Shown: positions 48,458 through 57,718 of the stretch, in pieces
Layout: each line of letters starts with the position of its first letter
How positions within the stretch are numbered: the first letter of the stretch is position 1
DNA from: Armatimonadota bacterium
GTDB taxonomy: Bacteria; Armatimonadota; UBA5829; JAUSEB01
DNA: 64,000 nt
Assembly (NCBI GenBank): GCA_030649165.1
Contig: JAUSGG010000162.1
Location: forward strand, 3-64,002
Reading direction: 5' to 3'
Position numbers and translations under genes: made by a program
The notes under the pieces: model-generated
Told to the model about the DNA's origin: nothing
Databases searched by the model: none
Seen by the model: only the letters and a program-made list of their open reading frames with translations

Positions 48458-50941
48458 CTACCTGCCCGCCACCCCGTTCAGTTCCCTCCAAATCCGCTTC
48501 GGCGCGCCAGAGTCGTTCCTATCCAGGGCCGCCACCGCGAACTTCTTCGTCCCCGCTTTCTGGTGGTAGAACTCGAAGTACGCGGACTCGGGCCGCCGCC
48601 ACATGACGACATCCCCGCTGTTCCAGTCGCCCCATGAAATAGTGTACAGGCCTATAAGGTCCCGGTTGTCTTTCTTTCCCGCAAGCGCCCAGCCGCAGTC
48701 GGGCGGCCCCCCAAATGTCTCATCGCCCCGGTAGACTATAGGTGTTTCATGGGTGTCGCGCACGAGAACATCGGGCTGGAAATCAGGATAAACGTTGATG
48801 CTCCAGGAAGGCAGGTGGGCCTTGTCGCACTCCTCCTCGATCACCACAAATGGCCGCCCCGCGAACGCGCGCACCCTGATCTTCAGGTGGCCACCGTCGT
48901 TGTAGGTGTACGCCAGCAGGTACTCCCTTTCCTTGTCCGAGGTTTTCGTCCTCTCGCACACGAATGACGTGACGCTCATCTTCTTCGGGTTATGAGTGAG
49001 AAGCGTCCCGCCTCCCCGCCACTTGCCGTCCACGCCCATTATGCGCCTTATCGGTGTCTGTGGCTCATTTCCCCAGCCGATCTCCACCTTGATCTTCCCG
49101 GTGTCGATTATGAGGCCGCTCTCTCCCGCGGGCGTCTCGGTCACCACCCCGGAAGCCTTGATCTTGGGAGACGTCGATCTCAATTCCGCCTTGCTCCCTT
49201 TGTACTTCTTGAAAAGCGTCACGAGTTCGTCGGGTCGAACTATCACATATTCAGGCGGCAGCTTGTCCACCGCCATCTTCAGAACGGTCGGTCCAAAGTC
49301 CCAACCGATAGTCCATGCATGGATGAACCCCGGCCTTCCTTCCACTTTCACGTCGGTGATTTGTTTGGTCAATATCTCCGATCTGCGTTTGTAATCGTCG
49401 TTTATGGAACGGCTGCGGGTAGCCCCTGAAACTCCGCCGGTGAGCGAGTGCATAACAGGCACTCCCTCCAGCAGGTAATTCGCCTTCTCATAGGTCATCC
49501 CCGATCTCATGCCATAGCCTTCCAAAGCTCCCTGGAGCCCCGGGATGTTCTTCATGAAAGTCCGAAGGCTTCCCGGAGGTCCCCACGGGTTGACCATCGT
49601 CCATCCCAAACGCTTCATGTACCGCGATGTGAGCTTGCCGTACTCCGCCACGAGCTCTTCCTGGTCTTCGGGGTACACCGACGCAAAGTCCTGCAGGCTC
49701 GTAAGCCCCATCCCCGTCAGAGCGGCCATGAAATAGTCGTTTTCCGTAGCCGTGGTCATAAGCCGCGCCAACGTGGTCGGCGCCAGTTCGGAGAGAAGCG
49801 GCCCTATAGGCCAACCGATAGGCAGCTTCCCTCTCAATGGATCGCACCACCATATCCGGTTCGGATCGTCTGTTTCGAAGCCGAGTCGGTGCCAGGCAGG
49901 ACCACCGCCGATCACGTGCTCCAGGTTATCGTGCTCCGAGTTGGTGAACGCTACGTAGATCTTCTCCGGTCCCAGATCGCGCACAGGGAGAGGCTTCTGC
50001 TTCAGAACCTTCTCCGGAACCCGCACCCCCGAGAGAAGGCTGACATTTGGGGTTCCGCCGAACGGCACATAGATGTCCGCATACGACGCGACGAAGCAGA
50101 CGAGAACCGGCTCCATGTACATAGAGCCGCCGCACGCCCCGAAAACCGGGGTGTTGAAAGGCACACTCTCCAGGATCTTCCCCGCCAACTCCAACTCGCC
50201 AGGCTGCGGTTCGCTTCCGATGAACCAGACGAACATCTTGAATTCGACCGGATAGTCGGTCGAGAAGCCAGTATACGAGGGAGCCGGCGCCTCGAAACGG
50301 AAGGTCCCCATCTCGTTCTCGCCGTGCGTAAAGTCGTAGTGCATGAGAGCGAACTTGGTGCATCTGGGGAGGAGATTCTCGTAAGCCCACTGAAACGCTT
50401 CCATCCGGTTTTTCCACCGGCCGCGCAAGTCGTGAACAACCTTCCACCCGAATTTGGCGGAGAGCTTCTCCGCAAGTTCAGGATTAACCGGCAGCAGGTC
50501 TTCCAGCCCGGCGTACATCACCGCGATGTTGGCGCATCCCTCGGTCGAGTCGTAGATAACCAGCCCCTTCGCATGGTCCTTGAACTTCTCGAATATCCTG
50601 TAGGGATCACTCTCGACCTTGTCCATCCAGACCTTGCCGCTGTGATACTCCATCCAGTTCATGACCTTGTCCACGCCGATGTAGATCCTCGGCTGTTCCC
50701 GGTTGACTATGCCCTGCAAAGACGCGAGCGCCATCCTCAGGCTCTCATCGTCCGGCCAGACTCGCAATAACGTCAATTCACCCACAGGCTCTTTCGATCT
50801 GGGGGCCACCGACGTATACGGCTTTTCGGCGGCCAATGCCCGGCGCCTGGCAACGATATCCGGCGAACCGGCAGCGATGGTAGTCCGCGGCAGCAGAAGC
50901 ACGGCCGCCATTATCAACATGAAACCAATGCGAGTCAACAT
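48458..50941 (-). CDS. Secreted 827-aa protein of unknown function (tandem paralog 1)
   Basis: Signal peptide MLTRIGFMLIMAAVLLLPRTTIAAGS; ~70% identical to 51254..53731 along full length. Confidence 0.8.
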   Translation of the reverse strand: MLTRIGFMLIMAAVLLLPRTTIAAGSPDIVARRRALAAEKPYTSVAPRSKEPVGELTLLRVWPDDESLRMALASLQGIVNREQPRIYIGVDKVMNWMEYHSGKVWMDKVESDPYRIFEKFKDHAKGLVIYDSTEGCANIAVMYAGLEDLLPVNPELAEKLSAKFGWKVVHDLRGRWKNRMEAFQWAYENLLPRCTKFALMHYDFTHGENEMGTFRFEAPAPSYTGFSTDYPVEFKMFVWFIGSEPQPGELELAGKILESVPFNTPVFGACGGSMYMEPVLVCFVASYADIYVPFGGTPNVSLLSGVRVPEKVLKQKPLPVRDLGPEKIYVAFTNSEHDNLEHVIGGGPAWHRLGFETDDPNRIWWCDPLRGKLPIGWPIGPLLSELAPTTLARLMTTATENDYFMAALTGMGLTSLQDFASVYPEDQEELVAEYGKLTSRYMKRLGWTMVNPWGPPGSLRTFMKNIPGLQGALEGYGMRSGMTYEKANYLLEGVPVMHSLTGGVSGATRSRSINDDYKRRSEILTKQITDVKVEGRPGFIHAWTIGWDFGPTVLKMAVDKLPPEYVIVRPDELVTLFKKYKGSKAELRSTSPKIKASGVVTETPAGESGLIIDTGKIKVEIGWGNEPQTPIRRIMGVDGKWRGGGTLLTHNPKKMSVTSFVCERTKTSDKEREYLLAYTYNDGGHLKIRVRAFAGRPFVVIEEECDKAHLPSWSINVYPDFQPDVLVRDTHETPIVYRGDETFGGPPDCGWALAGKKDNRDLIGLYTISWGDWNSGDVVMWRRPESAYFEFYHQKAGTKKFAVAALDRNDSGAPKRIWRELNGVAGR

Positions 50942-51003
50942 TACTCCTCCATCAATGCGCCAGGTCCTCGTGGAACCTGATGCTTGCTGTGAAACAGTTC
51001 AGT

Positions 51004-51248
51004 CTTCCTATCCTGCGGGAACGGCCTTGTACAGCTCAAGTCATCGAAGACTATCGAAGTGAGTTTCCGGTGTTTCGGGATTTGAGGGTTGGGCATCACA
51101 CCTATCAGAGTCACAAGCCAACTCCGCATGCCAACCCGGAAATCCCGAAACAAGGTCACTGTCCTCCAGCGACCCAGTATGCTCCTATCCTGCGGGAACG
51201 GCCTTGTACAGCTCAAGTCATCGAAAACTATCGAAGTGAGTTCCCGCA
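51004..51248. repeat. Composite: 65-bp direct repeat / R3 hairpin element / 65-bp direct repeat, between the tandem paralogs
   Basis: cttcctatcctgcgggaacggccttgtacagctcaagtcatcgaagactatcgaagtgagtttccg at 51004-51068 and 51183-51248 (3 mismatches); R3 hairpin gtgtttcgggatttgagggttgg...ccaacccggaaatcccgaaaca at 51069-51152. Confidence 0.85.
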
Positions 51249-51253
51249 GCGTC

Positions 51254-53731
51254 CTACTTGCCGCCCACTGCATTCAGTTCCTTCCAAATCCGCTCCGGAG
51301 CGCCCGCGTCATTTGCGTCCAACGCCGCCACCGCGAACCTCTTGATTCCGGCCCTTGTGTGGTCGGCCTCAAACCAGGCTGTGGCCTCGCCACACAAGAA
51401 CCTGATCTCTCCACTGTTCCAGTCGCCCCACGAGAGTGTGAAGAGGCCGATCAGGTCCCGGCTCCCCTTACTGCGCGCCACCGCCCAACTGTGGTTCGGC
51501 AGCGACCCCAGGCCCTCGAGCCCTTTGTAGGTCAGAGGTTTCGTGGCTGAATTGCATATCAGCACATCCGGTTGGAAGTCAGGGTAAAGCTCCAGGGTCC
51601 ATGCCGGCAGGTCGGCTCTGTCGGACGTCTCCTCGTAAATCACAAAAGGCCGGCCCGCGATTGCCCGGACCTTGATCTTGATGTGGCCGCCCTTATCATA
51701 CGCGTAAGTCAGCAAATACTCCTTCTCCTTGTCGGTGGCTGTTATTCTCTCACACGAGAACGACGTAACCTCGGCGCTGCCCCCAGGCAGTTTCCCGACT
51801 CCCCGCCACTTGCCGTCCACTCCCATGATCCGTCTGATCGGTGGCTGAGGCTGCTTTCCCCAGCCTATCTCCATCTTCACCTTCCCCGTATCTACCACGA
51901 GGCCGTCGTCGCCCGCGGGCGTCTCGGTGACGACTCCCGAAGCCTTGACCCTGGGAGAAGTCGATCTCAGTTCCCTGCTCCCCCTGTATTTCTTGAACAG
52001 CGCCGCGAGTTCGTCGGGCCGCACTACCGCGTATTCGGAAGGCAGCATGTCCGCCGCCATCTTCAGAATAGTCGGCCCGAAGTCCCAGCCGACAGTCCAA
52101 GCGTGTATGAACGCCGGCCTCTCTCCCGCATTCACCTCGATTATCTGCTTGGCGAGCGCTTCCGCCTTCCGCTGGTAATCTTCGGCAAGAGGACGACTGC
52201 GGTCAGTTCCCGTAAGCCCGCCGGTGCGCGAGTGGAAAATCGGGACTCCCTCAAGAAGATAGCTGGCCTTTTCCGGAGTCATCCCGGGTCGTCTCCCGTA
52301 GCCTTCCAGGGCTCCCTCAAGGCCAGGGGTGTTCTTTACGAAGGTTCGAAGGCTCCCCGGACCTCCCATCGGGTTGACCATGGTCCATCCCAGACGCTTC
52401 AGATACCGCGACGTGAGTTGGCCGTACCCTGCCATGATCTCCTCCTGGTCCTCGGGGTATACCGTCGCAAAGTCCGGCAGACTTGTGAGCCCCATCCCCG
52501 ACAGGGCGGCCATGAAGTAGTCGTTTTCGGTAGCCGTGGTCATAAGCTGCGCCAACGTGGTCGGAGCCAGCTCGGAAAGCAGAGGGCCCATAGCCCAGCC
52601 AATCGGTACCCTGCCCCGCCACGGATCGCACCACCATATCCTGTAAGGATCATCCGTCTCAAATCCAAGCCGATGCCAGGGCGGGCCACCGGCGATTACG
52701 TGCTCCAGGTTATCGTGCTCCGAGTTCACAAAGGCAAGATAGATCTTATCAGGCCCCAGGTCGCGCACGGGCAGCGGTTTCTGCTTTAGAAGCTTCTCGG
52801 GGACCCGCACCCCCGACAGAACGCTGACATTTGCGGCCCCGCCGAACGGTACTAGCACGTCGGCATACTTTGCGATAAAGCAGACGAAAGGCGGCTCGGC
52901 TAACATGGAGCCGCCGCCGCAGCGCCCGAATACGGGCGTATAGAAGGGGAAACTCTCCAGTATCTTCCCCGCCAGTTCCAGTTCGCCCGGGACCGGGTCC
53001 TTTCCGATATGCCAAACAAACATCCTGAACTCTACCGCATAGTCGGTGGACATTCCCGTTTTATTGGCGGCCCACCCCTCAAAATCGAAGTGATCCGTCT
53101 TTACGGGGCGAGAGCCGAAATGCTTGTGCATAAGGGCAAACTTGTTGCATCTGGGGAGGAGGTTCTCGAACGCCCACTGGTGCGCCTCCAACCGGTCCTT
53201 CCAGCGACCGCGCAAGTCGTGAACCACCTTCCACCCGTACTTGGCCGAGAACTCCTCGGCCAGTTCCGCGGTGACCGGTATCAGGTCCTCCAACCCGGCA
53301 TAAGTGACTGCGACGTTCGCGACCCCTGGAACGGCCAGGTCATAGACCACCATGCCCTTCACGTAGCTCTTGTACTCTTCGAATATCTTGTAGGGGTCGT
53401 CCTCGACTTCTATCCAAACTTTTCCGCTGTAATACTCCATCCAGCTCATGGTCTTGTCGATGCCGATGTATATCCTCGGCTGCTCGCGGTTCACTATGCC
53501 CTGCAGAGCGCCGATCGCAAGCCTGAAGTTCAGATCGTCCGGCCATATTTTCAGCACAGTCAACTTGCCTGTGGGCTCCTTTGACCTCGGAGCCATCGAC
53601 GCGTAGGGCTTCTCGGCGGCCAGCGCCCGGCGTTTGGCCACGATGTCCGATGGACTGGCGGCGGAAACCATCTGCGGCAGCAGCAGCGCCACGGCAACAA
53701 CCAGCAGCAAACCGATGCGAGTTACCATCAC
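51254..53731 (-). CDS. Secreted 825-aa protein of unknown function (tandem paralog 2)
   Basis: Signal peptide MMVTRIGLLLVVAVALLLPQMVSAASP; collinear paralog of 48458..50941. Confidence 0.8.
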   Translation of the reverse strand: MMVTRIGLLLVVAVALLLPQMVSAASPSDIVAKRRALAAEKPYASMAPRSKEPTGKLTVLKIWPDDLNFRLAIGALQGIVNREQPRIYIGIDKTMSWMEYYSGKVWIEVEDDPYKIFEEYKSYVKGMVVYDLAVPGVANVAVTYAGLEDLIPVTAELAEEFSAKYGWKVVHDLRGRWKDRLEAHQWAFENLLPRCNKFALMHKHFGSRPVKTDHFDFEGWAANKTGMSTDYAVEFRMFVWHIGKDPVPGELELAGKILESFPFYTPVFGRCGGGSMLAEPPFVCFIAKYADVLVPFGGAANVSVLSGVRVPEKLLKQKPLPVRDLGPDKIYLAFVNSEHDNLEHVIAGGPPWHRLGFETDDPYRIWWCDPWRGRVPIGWAMGPLLSELAPTTLAQLMTTATENDYFMAALSGMGLTSLPDFATVYPEDQEEIMAGYGQLTSRYLKRLGWTMVNPMGGPGSLRTFVKNTPGLEGALEGYGRRPGMTPEKASYLLEGVPIFHSRTGGLTGTDRSRPLAEDYQRKAEALAKQIIEVNAGERPAFIHAWTVGWDFGPTILKMAADMLPSEYAVVRPDELAALFKKYRGSRELRSTSPRVKASGVVTETPAGDDGLVVDTGKVKMEIGWGKQPQPPIRRIMGVDGKWRGVGKLPGGSAEVTSFSCERITATDKEKEYLLTYAYDKGGHIKIKVRAIAGRPFVIYEETSDRADLPAWTLELYPDFQPDVLICNSATKPLTYKGLEGLGSLPNHSWAVARSKGSRDLIGLFTLSWGDWNSGEIRFLCGEATAWFEADHTRAGIKRFAVAALDANDAGAPERIWKELNAVGGK

Positions 53732-53847
53732 TCTTCCTCCATCCTGTGCTCACCTTACCACAAGCGAAACCGCGTATCAAGCTCATACCTCGGCGCTCGC
53801 GCTCAGTCCTCAAGTCCTATCCGTCTGATTCGTCTGATCCGTCCTAT

Positions 53848-53856
53848 TCCCCCACT
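53848..53856 (+). promoter_or_regulatory. Extended -10 element TGTATAAT upstream of selB
   Basis: ccactgttgTGTATAATggctctggtgaaccaATGACA; consistent with start at 53882. Confidence 0.3.
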
Positions 53857-53881
53857 GTTGTATAATGGCTCTGGTGAACCA

Positions 53882-55780
53882 ATGACAAACGAGCAATCTG
53901 ACAAGCACATCATAGTAGGCACGGCGGGGCACGTCGATCATGGCAAGACTACGCTGATCAAGGCCCTGACCGGGACCGATACCGACCGTCTAAAGGAAGA
54001 GAAGCAGCGGGGAATGACCATCGACCTCGGCTTCGCCTCCTTCACGCTTCCGAGCGGCAGGACGGTGGGCATAATCGATGTCCCCGGTCACGAGCGGTTC
54101 CTCAAGAACATGTTGGCCGGCGCGAGCGGCGTCGATCTGGTCCTCCTGGTCATTGCGGCGGATGAAGGCGTTATGCCCCAAACCATCGAGCACCTCGAAA
54201 TCCTGCAACTCCTCGAAACGAAGAAGGGTATCGTCGCTCTGACCAAGTGTGACATGGCGGACGACGAGTGGATCGAGGTCGTGGAGGACGATATCCGCGG
54301 CCGGCTGGCGGGCACGTTCCTGGAAGACGCGCCCATAGTCCGGGTTTCGGGGGTGACCTCCGCCGGATTGCCGGAGCTGACGGCGGCAATCGAAGCCCTG
54401 TGCGATGAAGTGGAGCAGCGCGGCGCCTCCGGTCCTTTCCGGCTGCCGGTGGACAGGGTGTTTACGCTGACGGGATTCGGGACCGTTGTCACCGGCACAT
54501 TGCTCTCCGGCACGATCAGGCTCGGCGATTCGGGCCAGATACTCCCCGCCGGGTTGCAGACGCGAATTCGGCAACTGCAAGTCCACGGGCGTAAAGTGGA
54601 CGAAGCCGCCGCGGGGACGCGCGTCGCCGCCAATCTGGTCGGTGTGGAGACCTCGGACGTCCGGCGCGGGGACGTGCTGGCGCAGCCCGGCTTTCTGAAG
54701 CCGACCGCCTTGCTCGACGCGACCGTTCGCTTGCTCGCAGACGCGCCCGGCCCGCTGCGAAACCGTCAGCGCGTCAGGCTGCACATCGGCTCGGCGGAGC
54801 TGCTCGGGCGGATGACCATTCTGGATCAGGACGAGATCAAGCCGGGACAGGAAGCCTTCGTCCAGTTCAGGTCCGAGGATCCCCTGGTTGCGGCACGAGC
54901 GGACAGGTTCGTCATCAGGTCCTATTCCCCGATGCGGGTAATCGGCGGCGGGACCGTTCTGGAGCCAAACGCTGTCCGTCACAGGAGGTTCGACTCAAAG
55001 GTCTTGGATGCTCTGAACGCAAAGCGGCAGGGCAGCCCGCGCGAGCTTGTGGAACAGGCCCTGCTGAGTGGGGCTATGACGATGTCGGATATCGCAAGGT
55101 CCGCTGCGATACCGGACAGCGCCGCCGGCTCCGCCGCGGAAGAGCTTGCGCGCGACGGTAGAGTCATCAAGCTCGACACCGGAAGACTGATGCACGTGGT
55201 CACGTACTCCACCCTTGCCGAGCGTATCGAAACTGCCCTTTCCCAATTCCACGGCGCGAACCCGCTGAGGGCGGGGCAGAACAAGGAGGAGCTGCGGACG
55301 ACCGCGGCCCGAGGGCTCGACCAGAAGACCTTCAACGCGCTCCTTTCCGCCCTGCAGGCGGAGGGGCGGATCGCTGTCTCCGAGAACCTCGCCAGGATTT
55401 CGACGCACGAGATCACGCTCTCGCCCGAACAACAGCGAGCGGTGAGCGAGGTGGAGTCGGTCTACCGACAGGCCGGGCTCGGCCCGCCGTCCCTGGAGGA
55501 GATCATCGCAAAGATTCCCGCCGCACGGGAGATGATCGATCTCCTCATCTCACAAGGCAAACTGGCGAAAATCGACGAGGGGCTGTACTTCCATGCCGAA
55601 GCCATCGCCGCGGCCCAGGAGCTGATCCGCAACGAGATCACGAAGAACGGCCCGCTGACGGTGTCGGCGTTTCGCGACCTGACGGGTTCCAGCCGCAAAT
55701 ACGTAGTCCCATTGCTGGAGTACTTCGACAGCAAACGCCTGACCCGAAGGGTAGGCGATCAGAGAGTGCTGGTGAAGTAG
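53882..55780 (+). CDS. selB: Selenocysteine-specific translation elongation factor
   Basis: GTPase G1-G4 ([22 protein letters not shown]), EF-Tu-like domains II/III and C-terminal winged-helix SECIS-binding extension; ORF opens at 53858. Confidence 0.9.
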   Translation: MTNEQSDKHIIVGTAGHVDHGKTTLIKALTGTDTDRLKEEKQRGMTIDLGFASFTLPSGRTVGIIDVPGHERFLKNMLAGASGVDLVLLVIAADEGVMPQTIEHLEILQLLETKKGIVALTKCDMADDEWIEVVEDDIRGRLAGTFLEDAPIVRVSGVTSAGLPELTAAIEALCDEVEQRGASGPFRLPVDRVFTLTGFGTVVTGTLLSGTIRLGDSGQILPAGLQTRIRQLQVHGRKVDEAAAGTRVAANLVGVETSDVRRGDVLAQPGFLKPTALLDATVRLLADAPGPLRNRQRVRLHIGSAELLGRMTILDQDEIKPGQEAFVQFRSEDPLVAARADRFVIRSYSPMRVIGGGTVLEPNAVRHRRFDSKVLDALNAKRQGSPRELVEQALLSGAMTMSDIARSAAIPDSAAGSAAEELARDGRVIKLDTGRLMHVVTYSTLAERIETALSQFHGANPLRAGQNKEELRTTAARGLDQKTFNALLSALQAEGRIAVSENLARISTHEITLSPEQQRAVSEVESVYRQAGLGPPSLEEIIAKIPAAREMIDLLISQGKLAKIDEGLYFHAEAIAAAQELIRNEITKNGPLTVSAFRDLTGSSRKYVVPLLEYFDSKRLTRRVGDQRVLVK

Positions 55781-55787
55781 GGAATGC

Positions 55788-55830
55788 GCTCCCCCTCTCC
55801 TTTTAGGGGAGGGCTGGGGTGGGGTTCTGT
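55788..55830. repeat. R1 hairpin repeat copy
   Basis: cgctccccctctccttttaggggagggctggggtggggttc. Confidence 0.85.
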
Positions 55831-55937
55831 CCGAAGCTAACCACGAACCACTTGATGGCCCAAGACATCCATGTCCTGGGCCCAATTCTCCGGACATCCT
55901 GTCCGTCCCATCTGTGTCCATCTGTGTTTATCCGTGG

Positions 55938-56579
55938 TTAAGAAGTCCTACGCCGCCGTCGCAACGCCAATCCTGCCAGACCGCTCAGCAGCATCGCGCA
56001 CGAACCCGGCTCGGGAACCGACGGCGCGTCGGTCGTGATGTTGTCCATCAGCCAATAGCCGCCCTGGTCGTGTAGGACCACGTAAGAGATGTCGGTGTGG
56101 CTTACTGTCAGATACGCAAGCCCCGTTCCGCCGAGGCTCTTCGTGTTCGCGGCTCCGGTTGTAGAGATAAGCAGGCCGTCGGAGGAGTCGTACGCTTCCA
56201 GAACAAACTGGTATTCGCTCGAATAGCCGACCGTGAACCAGCTCGCCGTGCCGAATTCGAAGCTGACCTTCGCCCTATCCGACAGGTTGGAGACATATCC
56301 CGCCACGTCTCCGGAGAGGAAGTACTCCCCGTTCTCGTAAGTCTTGCCGTTGTCGGAGGTGACGCTGTACCAGCCGGAATTGATGTCGGCGAACTGGACG
56401 TTCCCGCCGCCTACCACGCTGAAGATAAGCCCCGAGGTGGCGCCTATCGCCTCAGCGTTATGGCCGAGGCCGGATTCGAAGTTGTAGCTGATATCGGCGA
56501 AAGCGGAAGATGCTCCCAAAACGCAGAACAGGAGGCCGGCAAGCAGAAGCAAGCTAAATCGCGGCGCAATCTTCTTCAT
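55938..56579 (-). CDS. PEP-CTERM sorting-domain secreted protein
   Basis: Signal peptide; C-terminal VPEPGSCAMLLSGLAGLALRRRRR (PEP motif + TM + Arg cluster). Confidence 0.8.
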   Translation of the reverse strand: MKKIAPRFSLLLLAGLLFCVLGASSAFADISYNFESGLGHNAEAIGATSGLIFSVVGGGNVQFADINSGWYSVTSDNGKTYENGEYFLSGDVAGYVSNLSDRAKVSFEFGTASWFTVGYSSEYQFVLEAYDSSDGLLISTTGAANTKSLGGTGLAYLTVSHTDISYVVLHDQGGYWLMDNITTDAPSVPEPGSCAMLLSGLAGLALRRRRRTS

Positions 56580-56857
56580 CCTTTCCCCCTCCGATAGCGG
56601 GTCTCACGCCCACCTTTGAGCTATTAATAGCACATTTTTTGGATTATTGCAATATCTGAATGTGTAACTGCCAAAGTCTCCACTCGTCGCGTTTCGGGAT
56701 TGGTCGGTGGCGTTGTGGCGGATCGGATATCGGCAAAGAGGGTCCGACAATGCATTTGCCGGACCAACGGGTTCGGGAAAAGCGGCCACCCGAAATCACC
56801 CTTGGGTGGCAAGACTAGCAGGACACAGCGCAGACGGCGCAGAAGTGTACACCAAAC

Positions 56858-57718
56858 ATGGCGGGGGAGGACGAGATGACGGGTCTAGCCGAGTGGCTGC
56901 GAGAGCAAGAAGAAGTCTACAGGCCGTTCTTCAGGTCATCGTCTTGGCCGGGCGTAAGGCAGCACATCATCGGGCTGCTTCTGGTGCACGGGGCTACCTG
57001 TCGCGGCAATCTAAAGGGGGCTACGCGCTTCGTCGAAAGCCTGATCGGCATGTACAGGATTCACAGGAATACCGCTTTTGAACTGCCCGTGGAGGGCTGG
57101 ATGAAAATCCGACGAGCGCAGCGTGTGGCGCTTGTCGAGATGCTCAATGTGGACATTGCCGACGCCGATCACATCCCGGAACCCGAACACGCGCTGCCGG
57201 ATGACCTCCTTGTTGCCACCCTCAAGGGGCTTCTGACCGCAGCGCCGGAGCTGGACAGCCTTGTTGCGTCGGAGGCCATCGCCAATTGGCTGGGCGAAAA
57301 AGAGAACGCCATCCAGATGCGCTTCGAAGTGGAGGAACTCTCCGGTTTGCAGATCATACTCAAAGAGGGCGACCACGGACTGTCCGCGGTTCAGGCCTTT
57401 TGGGCCCTTGTGGAAGCCTATGAACGTTTGGACAAGACTATGGCCGCTGAAACCGGCAGCAAGTTCGGCGCACAACTCACCTTCACAGACGACTACGTTA
57501 TTCCCACCGGAATACCATCTGATCGTCCGAACCACATTATTTCGCACCACATCCGCGTCGCGCAGGAATCCGACGAAGGGGTTTACTACGCCAAGGCGCG
57601 GCTGTACCTGGCGTGTCTCGACTGGTACGGACAAAAAACCCGACAACCGCAACCACTGGGTTCAGTCGCAGCCGCGGTCAGCAAGGAATGCCCGGCTCGC
57701 TCGGCGCTGGGAGCATAA
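56858..57718 (+). CDS. Hypothetical 286-aa protein, first gene of operon with type IIG R-M gene
   Basis: No recognisable motifs; low-GC promoter region upstream; stop TAA 57716-57718 abuts/overlaps start of downstream R-M gene; alternative start ATG 56876. Confidence 0.6.
   Translation: MAGEDEMTGLAEWLREQEEVYRPFFRSSSWPGVRQHIIGLLLVHGATCRGNLKGATRFVESLIGMYRIHRNTAFELPVEGWMKIRRAQRVALVEMLNVDIADADHIPEPEHALPDDLLVATLKGLLTAAPELDSLVASEAIANWLGEKENAIQMRFEVEELSGLQIILKEGDHGLSAVQAFWALVEAYERLDKTMAAETGSKFGAQLTFTDDYVIPTGIPSDRPNHIISHHIRVAQESDEGVYYAKARLYLACLDWYGQKTRQPQPLGSVAAAVSKECPARSALGA

Noticed and set aside
49448-52789. 440-aa and 405-aa + strand ORFs inside the tandem paralogs
   Set aside because: Antisense, Arg/His-rich, mirror each other because the underlying genes are paralogs
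48458-53731. Selenoprotein genes next to selB
   Set aside because: Both paralog ORFs are complete without in-frame TGA; no SECIS-like hairpin noted
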